64,000 nt of DNA from an uncultured Clostridia bacterium (GTDB lineage: Bacteria > Bacillota > Clostridia > TANB77 > CAG-508), in contig CAKPKP010000001.1 of the NCBI GenBank assembly GCA_934167495.1, positions 133,407-197,406 of the forward strand, given 5' to 3'. Shown here one piece after another: positions 1 through 9,868 of this stretch. Numbering within the stretch: position 1 is the stretch's first letter; the number at the start of each line of letters is the position of its first letter. The notes beneath the pieces are model-generated. The model made no database searches. It saw nothing but the letters and a program-made list of their open reading frames with translations, and was not told the DNA's origin. The translations under genes and the position numbers were made by a program.

Positions 1-100
1 ATTTATAACAATTTATGAAATATATTCATATGTAAAATTGTATATATTTTCTCCTAAAAAGACATAATAAATTTATAATGTAAAAACAGGAGGTAAGATA

Positions 101-241
101 TGAAATTTATAAAAGGAATAATGTTAGGTTCAGCAATAACAGCAGGTGCAATGATGTTATATTCTGATGGAATAAATACAAATAAAAAGAAAATGATTAA
201 AAAAAGCAAACAATTTGCTAAAAAAATAGGAATGATGTAAT
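101..241 (+). CDS. small hypothetical protein (46 aa) with one hydrophobic segment
   Basis: AGGAGG RBS 8 nt upstream of ATG; MKFIKGIMLGSAITAGAMMLY...; followed by hairpin terminator. Confidence 0.3.
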
Positions 242-256
242 GAAAATGTTCTAAAG

Positions 257-312
257 AGGACTGAAATTTTTGAAAGTTAGTAAAAATAGCTTTGAAAGAT
301 TTCAGTCCTTTA
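257..312 (+). terminator. rho-independent terminator
   Basis: aggactgaaat...atttcagtcct inverted repeat followed by T-rich tract. Confidence 0.55.
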
Positions 313-394
313 TTGGTATATTAAAAAAATTAAATAAATTGCAACAAAATAAATTAAATTATCGTCTTATATTATATGAAAGGAGTAATCTTGG

Positions 395-706
395 ATGATA
401 AAAATATTAATAAATAAGTGCAATGATTTGTATAGAAAAAAAGAAAAATTAAACGATGTTTCGTATGATATTTTTGAAAATGAGGATTACTTAAACAAAA
501 CAATTCAGGATGATTCTAATTTGGAATTTAATAGTTTAATGAATTTGCTAGATTATGATGAGAGAATTATAGTAATTTTATATTACATAGAAGGGTATAA
601 AAGTAGAGAGATAGCTGAAATTTTAAAAATAAAACACAATACTGTAAGAAGTAAGTTGCATAGAGCAAAACTTAAATTAAGAGAATATGTGAAGGAGGAA
701 AAATAA
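395..706 (+). CDS. sigma-70 family protein retaining only region 4 (N-terminally truncated ECF-type sigma)
   Basis: C-terminus ERIIVILYYIEGYKSREIAEILKIKHNTVRSKLHRAKLKL is a classic sigma region 4 HTH; no region 2 anywhere upstream (terminator at 257-312). Confidence 0.5.
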   Translation: MIKILINKCNDLYRKKEKLNDVSYDIFENEDYLNKTIQDDSNLEFNSLMNLLDYDERIIVILYYIEGYKSREIAEILKIKHNTVRSKLHRAKLKLREYVKEEK

Positions 707-1848
707 TGAATAAAGTAGATAAAAAAATAAAATTGATTTTATCAAAAGAATTAGAAGTACCTAACAAATTTAGAGAAACCGTAAATTCGTGCATAGATAA
801 TTTGCCTGAACATAGAAGCAGAAAAGAGAAAAAATTTAATATTATAAAACTTATACAAATTGTTACAATTGGGATATTATCTATAGGTGTTACAGCATTT
901 GCACATAGTGAAATACAGAAAATTGAAAAAAGTAAAATTAATCAAAATGTTTCAGAAGTAAATGATGAAATAAAAGTAGACACTTATTATGACAGCAATG
1001 GAATAGAAATGCATCAATATAATTTTAAGTATCCTCTTGATACGAATGATTGGGAAAGCTCAAATTTATATGAGTATTTAAAGATAACTACAATGAAAGA
1101 ATATAATGAGTACAAGGAAAAATATGCTGATGTATTTGAACTTGAAAAAATGACAGAAGAAGATTTTGAAAATAATTACTTACTTGTTCTTATAATGGTG
1201 GAGAATTCTTATATATATGATGTAAGTAGTGATAATAATATTTTACATATAAATATTATAAGAAACTTTGAAAATGCAACAGAAGATATGGATAAAATAA
1301 TTGTAGTATCATTAAAAATATCACGAGAATTAGATATGGAAAAAATAGAAATGAATGAATTTCCAGAAGAAAATGAATATAAAGCAAAGCCTTATATCAA
1401 AGATTTAGTAAAAAATGATTATTCAAAAGAAAGTGCGATTAAAGATGGAGCTATTGTAACAGATTTTAATAAAACAGATTACAAAAGTTATATAATTTCA
1501 AACAATAAAGAAAAATTAGATGAATTTATAGAAAAAACTAAGAATGGGATTGAATCACAAATTAGGCTAATAGAATACCAAACAGGTTTCACAAGATTTT
1601 GTGATTTAAAATATGAAAATGGAATGTATAAAGCATATATTTATATAAAACCATTAGAAAATGAGAATTTTAAAACTTCTGTTAAAGCTAGTTATGAATT
1701 TATAAGAGGAAAAGAAATAAAAATTAATTATTCAGATGAGATAAAATCATACACATATTTTATTATAGAAAATACAAATTTACATTATGGAGATATAGAA
1801 TTGCCAATGACTGAAAATAGAATTATTTTTGAGTATAATATTGAATAA
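706..1848 (+). CDS. putative anti-sigma factor, single-pass membrane protein with large extracytoplasmic domain
   Basis: ATGA start/stop overlap with sigma gene; short cytoplasmic N-terminus, one TM (IIKLIQIVTIGILSIGVTAFA), ~300 aa outside. Confidence 0.45.
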   Translation: MNKVDKKIKLILSKELEVPNKFRETVNSCIDNLPEHRSRKEKKFNIIKLIQIVTIGILSIGVTAFAHSEIQKIEKSKINQNVSEVNDEIKVDTYYDSNGIEMHQYNFKYPLDTNDWESSNLYEYLKITTMKEYNEYKEKYADVFELEKMTEEDFENNYLLVLIMVENSYIYDVSSDNNILHINIIRNFENATEDMDKIIVVSLKISRELDMEKIEMNEFPEENEYKAKPYIKDLVKNDYSKESAIKDGAIVTDFNKTDYKSYIISNNKEKLDEFIEKTKNGIESQIRLIEYQTGFTRFCDLKYENGMYKAYIYIKPLENENFKTSVKASYEFIRGKEIKINYSDEIKSYTYFIIENTNLHYGDIELPMTENRIIFEYNIE

Positions 1849-1886
1849 AATCCTTATAGTTATTGGAAATTTTTATATAACATATA

Positions 1887-1916
1887 AAATGAGTCACATT
1901 AAAGTGACTCATTTTG
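1887..1916. terminator. bidirectional hairpin terminator between convergent genes
   Basis: aaatgagtcac-attaaa-gtgactcatttt. Confidence 0.5.
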
Positions 1917-1929
1917 ACTTTTAAATAAG

Positions 1930-2364
1930 TTACATATCGCAAGTATCTTCTTCAGAACGTGTTTCTCCACATGGTGGCTCGAAACAGTGTCCTAAATCAA
2001 TACCTTTTAAACATTTTCCTTCATGTTTACATTTTGTACATATTTTAACATGCTTTACGTCGTCTACCCAAACTTGAACTTCATATTTTTTATCAGGGCA
2101 AAGAGGTCCAAATACGAATTGACCATCTTTATCTGTAAAAGTATGAGAGACAGGCTTTCTTTCTTCTTTTCCAAATTCTCTACAAACTTCAATTAGTTTA
2201 ACTACAGCATCTTTTACAGGCTCTTTATAACAATTTCTTATAACTCCGTATATAACGTTACGGTTATCTTCTGGTAAAGTTATATCTAAGTCAAATTGCT
2301 TTCCACTAGCTATAACTCCATCAACATCAATCATATCTTTCTTTTCAAAATCCATTAAAATCAT
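1930..2364 (-). CDS. carboxypeptidase-regulatory-like (prealbumin fold) domain protein with Cys-rich C-terminal tail
   Basis: GVIRN..KEPVKDAVVKL...TFTDKDGQFVF..L.PDKKYEVQV pattern; C-terminal CTKCKHEGKC...HCFEPPCGE; only minus-strand gene in first 36 kb. Confidence 0.4.
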   Translation of the reverse strand: MILMDFEKKDMIDVDGVIASGKQFDLDITLPEDNRNVIYGVIRNCYKEPVKDAVVKLIEVCREFGKEERKPVSHTFTDKDGQFVFGPLCPDKKYEVQVWVDDVKHVKICTKCKHEGKCLKGIDLGHCFEPPCGETRSEEDTCDM

Positions 2365-2455
2365 TCCTTTTTTTATTTCAGCAATTGCTTTAATATATAG
2401 TATGAAAAAATAAAAAAATAGTGAGAAAATTTAATAAAAATGTAATATTAAGTTG

Positions 2456-2485
2456 TTGACTTTTAAAATATAAGAATGATATACT
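2456..2485 (+). promoter_or_regulatory. sigma-A type promoter candidate (TTGACT-18-TATACT)
   Basis: -35 ttgact at 2456, -10 tatact at 2480, upstream of 2566 gene. Confidence 0.35.
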
Positions 2486-2565
2486 AATTGTGTAATTTAT
2501 TAGAAAATTATCTAGAAAAACTTACAAAAAAGTAATATTAAAGAACAAAAGAAAGGCGGGATAAA

Positions 2566-4263
2566 ATGAAAAGCAAAGTAATGTTAAATAAAAAAATAGT
2601 TATATATATAATTATTTTTGTATCGACATTATTTATATTAGGATGTGGAAATACAGCCAATGCTGCGCATGTTAGTGAAAACATAGATGAAATTGATGAA
2701 ACAAAATATCCAGGGTATAAAGAAACAATAAATTCATTGAAATCACAACATCCAACATGGAATTTTAAGTTTTATTATACAGACTTAGATTGGGAAGAAG
2801 TTATTACTAACGAATATCAAGGTCATGGTAGATCACCAAAAAACTTATCACCAGCTAACAATATTTATTATGAAGGCGAATGGATATGTCCATATTGTAA
2901 AGATACAACATATGATAGTGGAAATTGGTATTGTGCTTCAGAAGCTGCAATAAAATATATGATGGATCCAAGAGGTTCAATAAATAGTTCAGATATATTT
3001 CAATTTCAAGATTTATCTTCTCCAAATGTAGTAAGAGAAAATGTTGCAAAAATGGTAGAAGGTACTTTTTTAGATGAAAAAAATTGTATAGATGCAATAG
3101 TAACTGTAAGTAAACAATATAATATAAATGGTTATTATCTTGTAGCAAGAATGTTGCAAGAACAAGGTAGAAACGGTTCGGTTTTAAGCCTAGGAAATGG
3201 ATATAATGGAAATTATGTTGGAGTATATAATTTATTTAATATTGGAGCATATGGAAGCGGAACAAGTAATGTTATAATGAATGGTTTAGAATATGCCGAT
3301 AAGCGTGGTTGGTATTCTAAAGCTGATTCAATAATTGGTGGAGCTGAAATTGTTGCAAAAGAATACATAGCGATAGGACAAAATACATTATATTTTCAAA
3401 AATTTAATGTTGTAACAAGTAACCTTTATAATCACCAATATATGCAAAATATATTAGCTGCTCAAAGAGAGGGTTCTACTTTGAGAACAACATATGAAGA
3501 AATAGATCCTGAACTTTCAAGCACATATACTTTTTTAATACCAATTTATGAAAATATGCCTGAGCAAGTTTCATTAAGACCTTCAACAGTTACAAATCTA
3601 ACAGAAGATGTTGAAGAAGCTATTGTTAATGCAATAGGCGGATTAAAAATAAAGGAGGCTCCAGGAGTTGCTTCAAGACAAATTTCAGCAGTTGAAGAAG
3701 GAGCAACGGTAAAAATTATATTAAGAGCTCAAGAAAAAGTAGATGGATATTATTGGGATAAGATATTAACTAAATCAGGTTATTATGGATATGCTGCAAG
3801 AGGAGCTGCAGATGGAAGTAAATTATATCTAGTTGTTGAAAAAGACAACAACAACAATAATGATAATAATAATGACAATAATAATGATGATGGCAAAACA
3901 GAGAAACCTGTGGAAAAAATTGAGCTAACAACTACAGAAATAAAATGTTCACCAGATGTATCACTAGATGCTATAAAAAATCAATATAAAAATGTAGAAT
4001 ATACGGCAGAAAAAATTGCTACAGGAGAAATTATAAAAATTGATGGTAAAGAGTATACAGTTGTAAAAAAAGGCGATTCAAATGGAGATGGAGAAGTAGA
4101 TATTTTAGATGTTGTAGTAGTTTTAAATTATTTAAAAGGAAAAACAAGTTTTGAAAAAGATTGTTTTATAGAAGCTAGTAAAGTAGCATCACAAGATGAA
4201 GAAATATCAATATTAGATGTTGTAAAATTATTAAATTATTTAAAAGGAAAAACTGAAATATAA
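2566..4263 (+). CDS. secreted GH73 mannosyl-glycoprotein endo-beta-N-acetylglucosaminidase with SH3b-like domain, Asn/Asp-rich linker and C-terminal type-I dockerin
   Basis: signal peptide; YYLVARMLQEQG...NTLYFQKFNV glucosaminidase signature; GDSNGDGEVDILDVVVVLNYLKGKT plus degenerate second repeat ISILDVVKLLNYLKGKT. Confidence 0.7.
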   Translation: MKSKVMLNKKIVIYIIIFVSTLFILGCGNTANAAHVSENIDEIDETKYPGYKETINSLKSQHPTWNFKFYYTDLDWEEVITNEYQGHGRSPKNLSPANNIYYEGEWICPYCKDTTYDSGNWYCASEAAIKYMMDPRGSINSSDIFQFQDLSSPNVVRENVAKMVEGTFLDEKNCIDAIVTVSKQYNINGYYLVARMLQEQGRNGSVLSLGNGYNGNYVGVYNLFNIGAYGSGTSNVIMNGLEYADKRGWYSKADSIIGGAEIVAKEYIAIGQNTLYFQKFNVVTSNLYNHQYMQNILAAQREGSTLRTTYEEIDPELSSTYTFLIPIYENMPEQVSLRPSTVTNLTEDVEEAIVNAIGGLKIKEAPGVASRQISAVEEGATVKIILRAQEKVDGYYWDKILTKSGYYGYAARGAADGSKLYLVVEKDNNNNNDNNNDNNNDDGKTEKPVEKIELTTTEIKCSPDVSLDAIKNQYKNVEYTAEKIATGEIIKIDGKEYTVVKKGDSNGDGEVDILDVVVVLNYLKGKTSFEKDCFIEASKVASQDEEISILDVVKLLNYLKGKTEI

Positions 4264-4285
4264 TTAGTTGAAAGGAATAAAAAAG

Positions 4286-5260
4286 ATGAAAAGTAAAATA
4301 CTAAAAGCAAGTGTAATATTAACATTAATTATTACATTATGTGTTAATTTTAATTTCGTATTAGCAGTAGATGATAACACTACAGGTGATGGAAGTTCAT
4401 CAACAACTCCAGTAAGTACACCAGATAGTACACCTGTAAGCACACCAAAACCAACTGTAGAAAGTACGCCAGTTCCAACGGCAGAACCAACACCAACGCC
4501 AACGTCAAAGCCTACAGTTGAGCCAACGGCAGAACCAACAGAAGAACCAACTCCTACAGAAGAAGAGCCAACTGAAACTGATGCACCAACACCAACAGCA
4601 ACAGCAACTTCAAAACCTACTCAAACTCCAAAGCCAACATCAACAGCTACACCAACAGCTAAACCAGTAGAAGACACTCCAGAGCCAACTGCTACAGAAA
4701 ACCCTAACAAAACTACTAGTACAGGTAATGTTGTTTTAAATACTGTTGTTAAAAGTGTTACAACAAAAGAGGATTTTACAGGAAAAGGAGTATCATCAAT
4801 AAGTGTAAAAAGTATAAATTCTCAAGACGAAAAGAAAGATATTGAATTAACTCCCAAATTTGATGTTAATACATATAACTATAAATGTAGAGTAGATTTA
4901 GATGTTGAAAAAATAGAAATAGACATAGAACTTATTGATGAAAGCTGGTCTTCAGAAATTATTGGGAATGGAAAAATAGTTGAAGGTGAAAATATAATAA
5001 CTATAATATCAAGTAATGATGATAAAACAGAAAATGTTATATATCAAATAAACGTTACTAAAGCTAATGAGGTTACAAATAATGCTATTACTACTAAGGA
5101 AAATGAAAATGGAGAATCTAAAAGAAGTGCTAACAAAGATATTATTTTAATAGTATGTATAATAGTAATTATAGTATCAATATTAATCATAATTATTACA
5201 AAATATTTAAGTTATAAAAAAGAAAATAAATTTAGGAGGGAAGATAAAGATGAAATGTAA
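4286..5260 (+). CDS. surface protein: signal peptide, Pro/Thr-rich linker, cadherin-like beta-sandwich domain, C-terminal TM anchor
   Basis: PT repeats TPVSTPKPTVESTPVPTAEPTPTPT; NYKCRVDLDVEKIEIDIELID...GENIITIISSNDDKTENVIYQINV; C-terminal ILIVCIIVIIVSILIIIITKY + basic tail. ATG 4286 preferred over TTG 4268. Confidence 0.5.
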   Translation: MKSKILKASVILTLIITLCVNFNFVLAVDDNTTGDGSSSTTPVSTPDSTPVSTPKPTVESTPVPTAEPTPTPTSKPTVEPTAEPTEEPTPTEEEPTETDAPTPTATATSKPTQTPKPTSTATPTAKPVEDTPEPTATENPNKTTSTGNVVLNTVVKSVTTKEDFTGKGVSSISVKSINSQDEKKDIELTPKFDVNTYNYKCRVDLDVEKIEIDIELIDESWSSEIIGNGKIVEGENIITIISSNDDKTENVIYQINVTKANEVTNNAITTKENENGESKRSANKDIILIVCIIVIIVSILIIIITKYLSYKKENKFRREDKDEM

Positions 5261-6431
5261 AAAATGTGGAGAAGAAATAACAGAAGGAACATTATGCGAA
5301 AAATGTAAAAAATCAAAAAATACAAAAATTATAGAAATCTCTGTAATAGTTGTATTATTGCTTGCTGTGTTAGGAATTGTTGGATGGAAAGTATTAAGAG
5401 ATAGAAATACAGAACATAGTAACACAGGTGCAAACTTATATAATTATGGATACGCAGTAGAAGATAATAATTATATATTTTATGCAATACCAGATAAAAA
5501 CGCAGAATATATGGATATATATAGAATGAAAAAAGATGGTACTAACAATGAATTAATCTGTGACAAAGACTGGAATGTAGCTTCATTAAATTTAGTTGGA
5601 GATTGGTTATATTTCATAGGATATGAAAAAGAGAGCGATGAATCAACAAGTAGTGAAACTACAGTAGCTAAAATATACAAAATGAGAACTAACGGAAAAG
5701 ATATAAAAGAATTAACAAGTGATGTTACAACACAATCTTATCAAATTACAGTAATTAAAAATGAAATATATTATATTAATGATGAATATCAAATTTGTAA
5801 AATAAGCACAAATGGTGGAGAAAGCTCATTAGTTTCAGAAGATAAAAATGGATTTGTAACAATAGATAATGGCTGGATTTATTATGCAGATTATGATACA
5901 GATAATTATGTAATGAAAAAAATGAAATTAGATGGCTCAGAAAAAACAGAAATAACTGGAGAAGTAATGTATGATATAAATATAGTAAAAAATGATATAT
6001 ATTATGCTAACTCAGAAGGATTATTCTGTAAGGTTTCAGTAAACGGTGGAGAGGTTACTAAATTATCTGAAAATGCTGTATATAATTTAAATGTAAGCGA
6101 TAATTATGCTTATTATATGAGATATGAAAATCCAGATTCAGAAGATTATGTTGTAGGATTATATAGAGTTAAACTTGATGGAACAGGAGAAGAGAAAATA
6201 AAAACATTTAAAAATTATTCTTCTTTCTTAAATGTTGTGGGAGATTGGATTATGTATTCAGATAACGATGAGCAATATGGATATATGGCTATGGTAAAAA
6301 AAGACGGCTCAGAAGACAAAAATATATATACATTTGATTTTGGAACTATAGAAGATGATTCAACAACAACTGAACCAACTGAGACTCAAGAACCAACAGA
6401 AACACCAGTACCAGAAGAAGTAAATGAATAA
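5250..6431 (+). CDS. zinc-ribbon / TM / DUF5050-type beta-propeller repeat protein with acidic PT-rich tail
   Basis: MKCKKCGEEITEGTLCEKCKK, TM helix, then repeated IYY.N...C(K)(I/V)S.NGGE...L motifs; 11-nt overlap with upstream gene. Confidence 0.5.
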   Translation: MKCKKCGEEITEGTLCEKCKKSKNTKIIEISVIVVLLLAVLGIVGWKVLRDRNTEHSNTGANLYNYGYAVEDNNYIFYAIPDKNAEYMDIYRMKKDGTNNELICDKDWNVASLNLVGDWLYFIGYEKESDESTSSETTVAKIYKMRTNGKDIKELTSDVTTQSYQITVIKNEIYYINDEYQICKISTNGGESSLVSEDKNGFVTIDNGWIYYADYDTDNYVMKKMKLDGSEKTEITGEVMYDINIVKNDIYYANSEGLFCKVSVNGGEVTKLSENAVYNLNVSDNYAYYMRYENPDSEDYVVGLYRVKLDGTGEEKIKTFKNYSSFLNVVGDWIMYSDNDEQYGYMAMVKKDGSEDKNIYTFDFGTIEDDSTTTEPTETQEPTETPVPEEVNE

Positions 6432-6444
6432 AATAGATATAAGA

Positions 6445-6473
6445 AAACCGCTAAAATATTTAGCGGTTTTTTT
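6445..6473 (+). terminator. rho-independent terminator
   Basis: aaaaccgctaaaatatttagcggttttttt. Confidence 0.6.
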
Positions 6474-6481
6474 GTGTATAT

Positions 6482-6557
6482 TGGTGCTCCCAGGCAGAAT
6501 CGAACTGCCGACCTACAGGTTACGAATCTGTTGCTCTACCAACTGAGCTATAGAAGC
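6482..6557 (-). tRNA. tRNA-Thr (anticodon CGT), CCA encoded
   Basis: reverse complement gives GCTTCTATAGCTCAGTTGGTAGAGCAACAGATTCGTAACCTGTAGGTCGGCAGTTCGATTCTGCCTGGGAGCACCA; cloverleaf parsed by hand, anticodon loop TTCGTAA. Confidence 0.8.
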
Positions 6558-6710
6558 AAATTCATATGTATTATATAGTGTTAATAAAAAAAATTCAATA
6601 GATATTATTAAAATATTGATTTTTACAAATTATAATGATATAAATAAATTATTGTAAAATAAAGTGTATAATGTAATACAATATAAAAATAATATTAAAT
6701 TGGAGGAATT

Positions 6711-7616
6711 ATGGGATTTTTCGATAAATTAAAACAAGGACTTGGTAAAACTAAGAGTTCAATAAATGAAAAAATTAACAACGTGTTTAGTGTGTTTAGA
6801 AAGGTAGATGAAGAACTTTTAGATGAATTAGAAGAAGTCCTTATAATGTCAGACATAGGAGTAGAAACATCTGTGAAAATAATAGACAATTTAAGAGAAA
6901 GAATAAAAAAAGAAAAAATAGAAGATGAAGAAAACGTAAAAAAAGCATTAAGAGATGAAATGAAAAAAATATTAGATTCACAAGACATATCATTAAATTT
7001 AAATACAAAACCTTCTGTAATACTAGTAGTTGGTGTTAATGGAGTGGGAAAAACAACATCAATAGGAAAAATTGCAAATAGATTAAAAAAAGACGGAAAA
7101 AAAGTAGTTTTAGCAGCAGCAGATACATTTAGAGCAGCAGCTGTTGAACAATTAGAAATATGGGCAAATAGATCAGGATGTACTATTGTAAAAAAAGGTG
7201 AAAATGCCGATCCTGCTTCTGTAGTTTTTGATGCAATAAAGAAAACAAAAGAAGAAAATGCTGATGTTTTAATATGTGATACAGCTGGAAGATTACACAA
7301 TAAAAAATATTTAATGGATGAACTTGAAAAAATAAAGAAAGTTATAGAAAGAGAACTTCCAGATGCTGATAAAGAAGTTCTATTAGTAATAGATGGAACT
7401 ACTGGACAAAATGCAATTTCTCAAGTAAAAGCTTTCAAAGAAACAACAGACTTAACTGGATTAGTTCTTACTAAACTAGATGGTACTGCAAAAGGTGGAG
7501 TAGTTATTGGAATAGTAGATGAAAACAAAATACCAGTTAAATTTATTGGTGTTGGAGAACAAATAGATGATATGGAAGTATTTAATTCAGATGAATTTCT
7601 ACAATCAATAATATAA
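6711..7616 (+). CDS. ftsY: signal recognition particle receptor FtsY (short Gram-positive form)
   Basis: NG domain with GVNGVGKTTSIGK, DTAGR, GQ motifs. Confidence 0.9.
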   Translation: MGFFDKLKQGLGKTKSSINEKINNVFSVFRKVDEELLDELEEVLIMSDIGVETSVKIIDNLRERIKKEKIEDEENVKKALRDEMKKILDSQDISLNLNTKPSVILVVGVNGVGKTTSIGKIANRLKKDGKKVVLAAADTFRAAAVEQLEIWANRSGCTIVKKGENADPASVVFDAIKKTKEENADVLICDTAGRLHNKKYLMDELEKIKKVIERELPDADKEVLLVIDGTTGQNAISQVKAFKETTDLTGLVLTKLDGTAKGGVVIGIVDENKIPVKFIGVGEQIDDMEVFNSDEFLQSII

Positions 7617-7686
7617 ATATTGTATTATTTGAAAAAGTAGTGTAAAATGAATAAGATATGAACATAATAAATATTGGAGGAAACTA

Positions 7687-8742
7687 ATGAGATTATTAGA
7701 GGATAAAGATAAAGAAGAGTATACAGAATTTTTAACAAATCATGATAGATGTAATTTTCAACAATCATTGGAATGGGCTAAAGTAAAAGATAATTGGAAA
7801 AGTGAAGTTATACTTTCAGAAAATGCAGATGGAAAAATTAATGGTGCTTTACAAGTATTAATTAGAAAAATACCTATATTTGGAAATTTGATGTATTCTG
7901 CTAGAGGTCCAATTTGTGATATTCACAATGGTGATGTTTTAAAACAATTAACAGAGGGAGCAAAATTACTTGCAAAAAAATATAATAGTTTTGTACTTAT
8001 GGTAGAACCAGATATTAAAACTGATGATATGGAATTTAGAGATATAATTGTTAAAAATGGATTTGAAATAAAAGATGATGCAAAAGATTTCAAAGACGAA
8101 ATTCAACCAAGATTTGTATTTAGATTAGATATTAAAGGTAAAACTGAAGAAGAAGTATTTAATAACTTCCATTCAAAAACAAGATATAATATACGTTTAG
8201 CAAGTAAAAAAGGTGTAGTTGTAAAAGAAGGTACTAGAGAAGATTTAAAAGATTTCCATAATATAATGGTTGAAACAGGTAAAAGAGATGATTTTATTAT
8301 AAGACCATTAGAGTATTTTGAAAAAATGTATGATGAGCTAGCACCTAAACATATGAAGGTATTAATGGCGTATCATGATGGTAAACCAATAGCGGGAATT
8401 ATACCAATTATGTATGGAAAGAAAGTATGGTATTTGTATGGCGCAAGTAGCAACAAAGATAGAAATTTAATGCCTAATTATTTATTACAATGGACAATGA
8501 TACAAGAGGCAATAAAAAATAATTGTGATATGTATGATTTTAGAGGAGTATCTGGAGTGGTAGATGAAAATCATCCACAATACGGATTATATAGATTCAA
8601 AAAAGGATTTGGAGCTGATTTTACAGAATTTATAGGAGAAGTTTATTTACCATTTAAACCACTTACATATAAATTGTATAAAATATCAGAAAAAATATTT
8701 AAAACATTGAGAGATATTAGAATGAAAAAATTTACAAAATAA
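7687..8742 (+). CDS. FemAB-family peptidoglycan interpeptide-bridge aminoacyltransferase
   Basis: FemAB-like length and layout; NFQQSLEWAKVK...; YGASS motif region. Confidence 0.75.
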   Translation: MRLLEDKDKEEYTEFLTNHDRCNFQQSLEWAKVKDNWKSEVILSENADGKINGALQVLIRKIPIFGNLMYSARGPICDIHNGDVLKQLTEGAKLLAKKYNSFVLMVEPDIKTDDMEFRDIIVKNGFEIKDDAKDFKDEIQPRFVFRLDIKGKTEEEVFNNFHSKTRYNIRLASKKGVVVKEGTREDLKDFHNIMVETGKRDDFIIRPLEYFEKMYDELAPKHMKVLMAYHDGKPIAGIIPIMYGKKVWYLYGASSNKDRNLMPNYLLQWTMIQEAIKNNCDMYDFRGVSGVVDENHPQYGLYRFKKGFGADFTEFIGEVYLPFKPLTYKLYKISEKIFKTLRDIRMKKFTK

Positions 8743-8746
8743 TTAG

Positions 8747-9868
8747 GTGGTAGTTTTGAAAAATTTAGAAATAAATAAAGAAGATTTAAAAAGTAATATT
8801 CAAATAATAAAAGAAATAAATAATAAAACTGTAGATGATAATGGAAATCCACCAGCTATTATAGCTGTTGTTAAAGGTAATGGCATGGGATTAGGATTAG
8901 TTGAATTTACTCAATTTTTAATAGAGAATGGAATTGATTATTTTGCTGTTGCAACAATAGAAGAAGCATTAGAATTACGTAATGCTAAAATTGAAAATAA
9001 AATTTTAATGTTATCATCTACCTCAATAACTGAAGAAATAGAAAAACTTGTAGAAAATGATATTATTTTAACAATAGGTTCCAAAGAATCTGCTGAAAAA
9101 ATAAATGAAATAGCCGAAAAGTTAAATAAAAAAGTAAATGTACATTTAAAAATAGATACAGGCTTTGGAAGATATGGTTTTATATATACAAAACCATATG
9201 AAATCATAGAAACTTTAAAAAAACTAGAATATATACAAATAGAGGGAACATTCACACATTTTTCAAAAAGTTATGACGAAAAATGGACAAACATACAATT
9301 TAACAGATTTTTAGATGTTGTAGCAGAATTAAAGAAAAATGAAATAAATCCAGGAATATTGCATGTTTGTAATTCAACAGCTTTCTTAAATTATGAAAAT
9401 ATGCATTTGAATGCAGTAAGACTTGGTTCAGTTTTTCAAGGTAGAGTATTATCAAAAGAAAAATTTGGACTTAAAAAAATTGGAATATTTAAATCAAATG
9501 TTGTTGAAATTAAAGATTTACCAGCAGGGTTTAATATAAGCTACTCAAATATGTATAAAACAAAAAAAGAAACAAAAATAGCTGTAATACCAGTTGGAAA
9601 TATGGACGGATATAATGTAATAAGAGCACAAGATAGTTTTTCTTTCAAAGATAAAATAATATCTATACTTGTAGAATGTAAAAATCTATTTAGAGATAAA
9701 AGATTATATGTTTATATAAATAATAAAAAGTATTATGTATTGGGAAAAGTAGGAATGTACCATATAACAGTAGATATAACTAATAGTGATGTAAAAATAG
9801 GCGATGAGGTAACTTTAGAAATTCCACCAATTCTTACTAGTGCAAAAGTTAGAAGGGAGTATATATAA
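8747..9868 (+). CDS. alanine racemase family (fold-type III PLP) protein
   Basis: AVVKGNGMGLG PLP-lysine motif near N-terminus; GTG start at 8747 (TTG 8756 alternative); 4 nt after FemAB gene. Confidence 0.65.
   Translation: MVVLKNLEINKEDLKSNIQIIKEINNKTVDDNGNPPAIIAVVKGNGMGLGLVEFTQFLIENGIDYFAVATIEEALELRNAKIENKILMLSSTSITEEIEKLVENDIILTIGSKESAEKINEIAEKLNKKVNVHLKIDTGFGRYGFIYTKPYEIIETLKKLEYIQIEGTFTHFSKSYDEKWTNIQFNRFLDVVAELKKNEINPGILHVCNSTAFLNYENMHLNAVRLGSVFQGRVLSKEKFGLKKIGIFKSNVVEIKDLPAGFNISYSNMYKTKKETKIAVIPVGNMDGYNVIRAQDSFSFKDKIISILVECKNLFRDKRLYVYINNKKYYVLGKVGMYHITVDITNSDVKIGDEVTLEIPPILTSAKVRREYI

Noticed and set aside
2855-3148. 97-aa minus-strand ORF inside the GH73 gene
   Set aside because: Antisense to a well-supported CDS; Leu/Tyr-rich translation typical of a reverse-frame artefact in AT-rich DNA.
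3841-3895. aacaacaacaataatgataataataatgac low-complexity DNA repeat
   Set aside because: Encodes the Asn/Asp linker (NNNNNDNNNDNNND) within the CDS; not a CRISPR or mobile repeat.
4390-4700. Repetitive cca-aca-cca DNA
   Set aside because: Codes for a Pro/Thr-rich linker of the surface protein.
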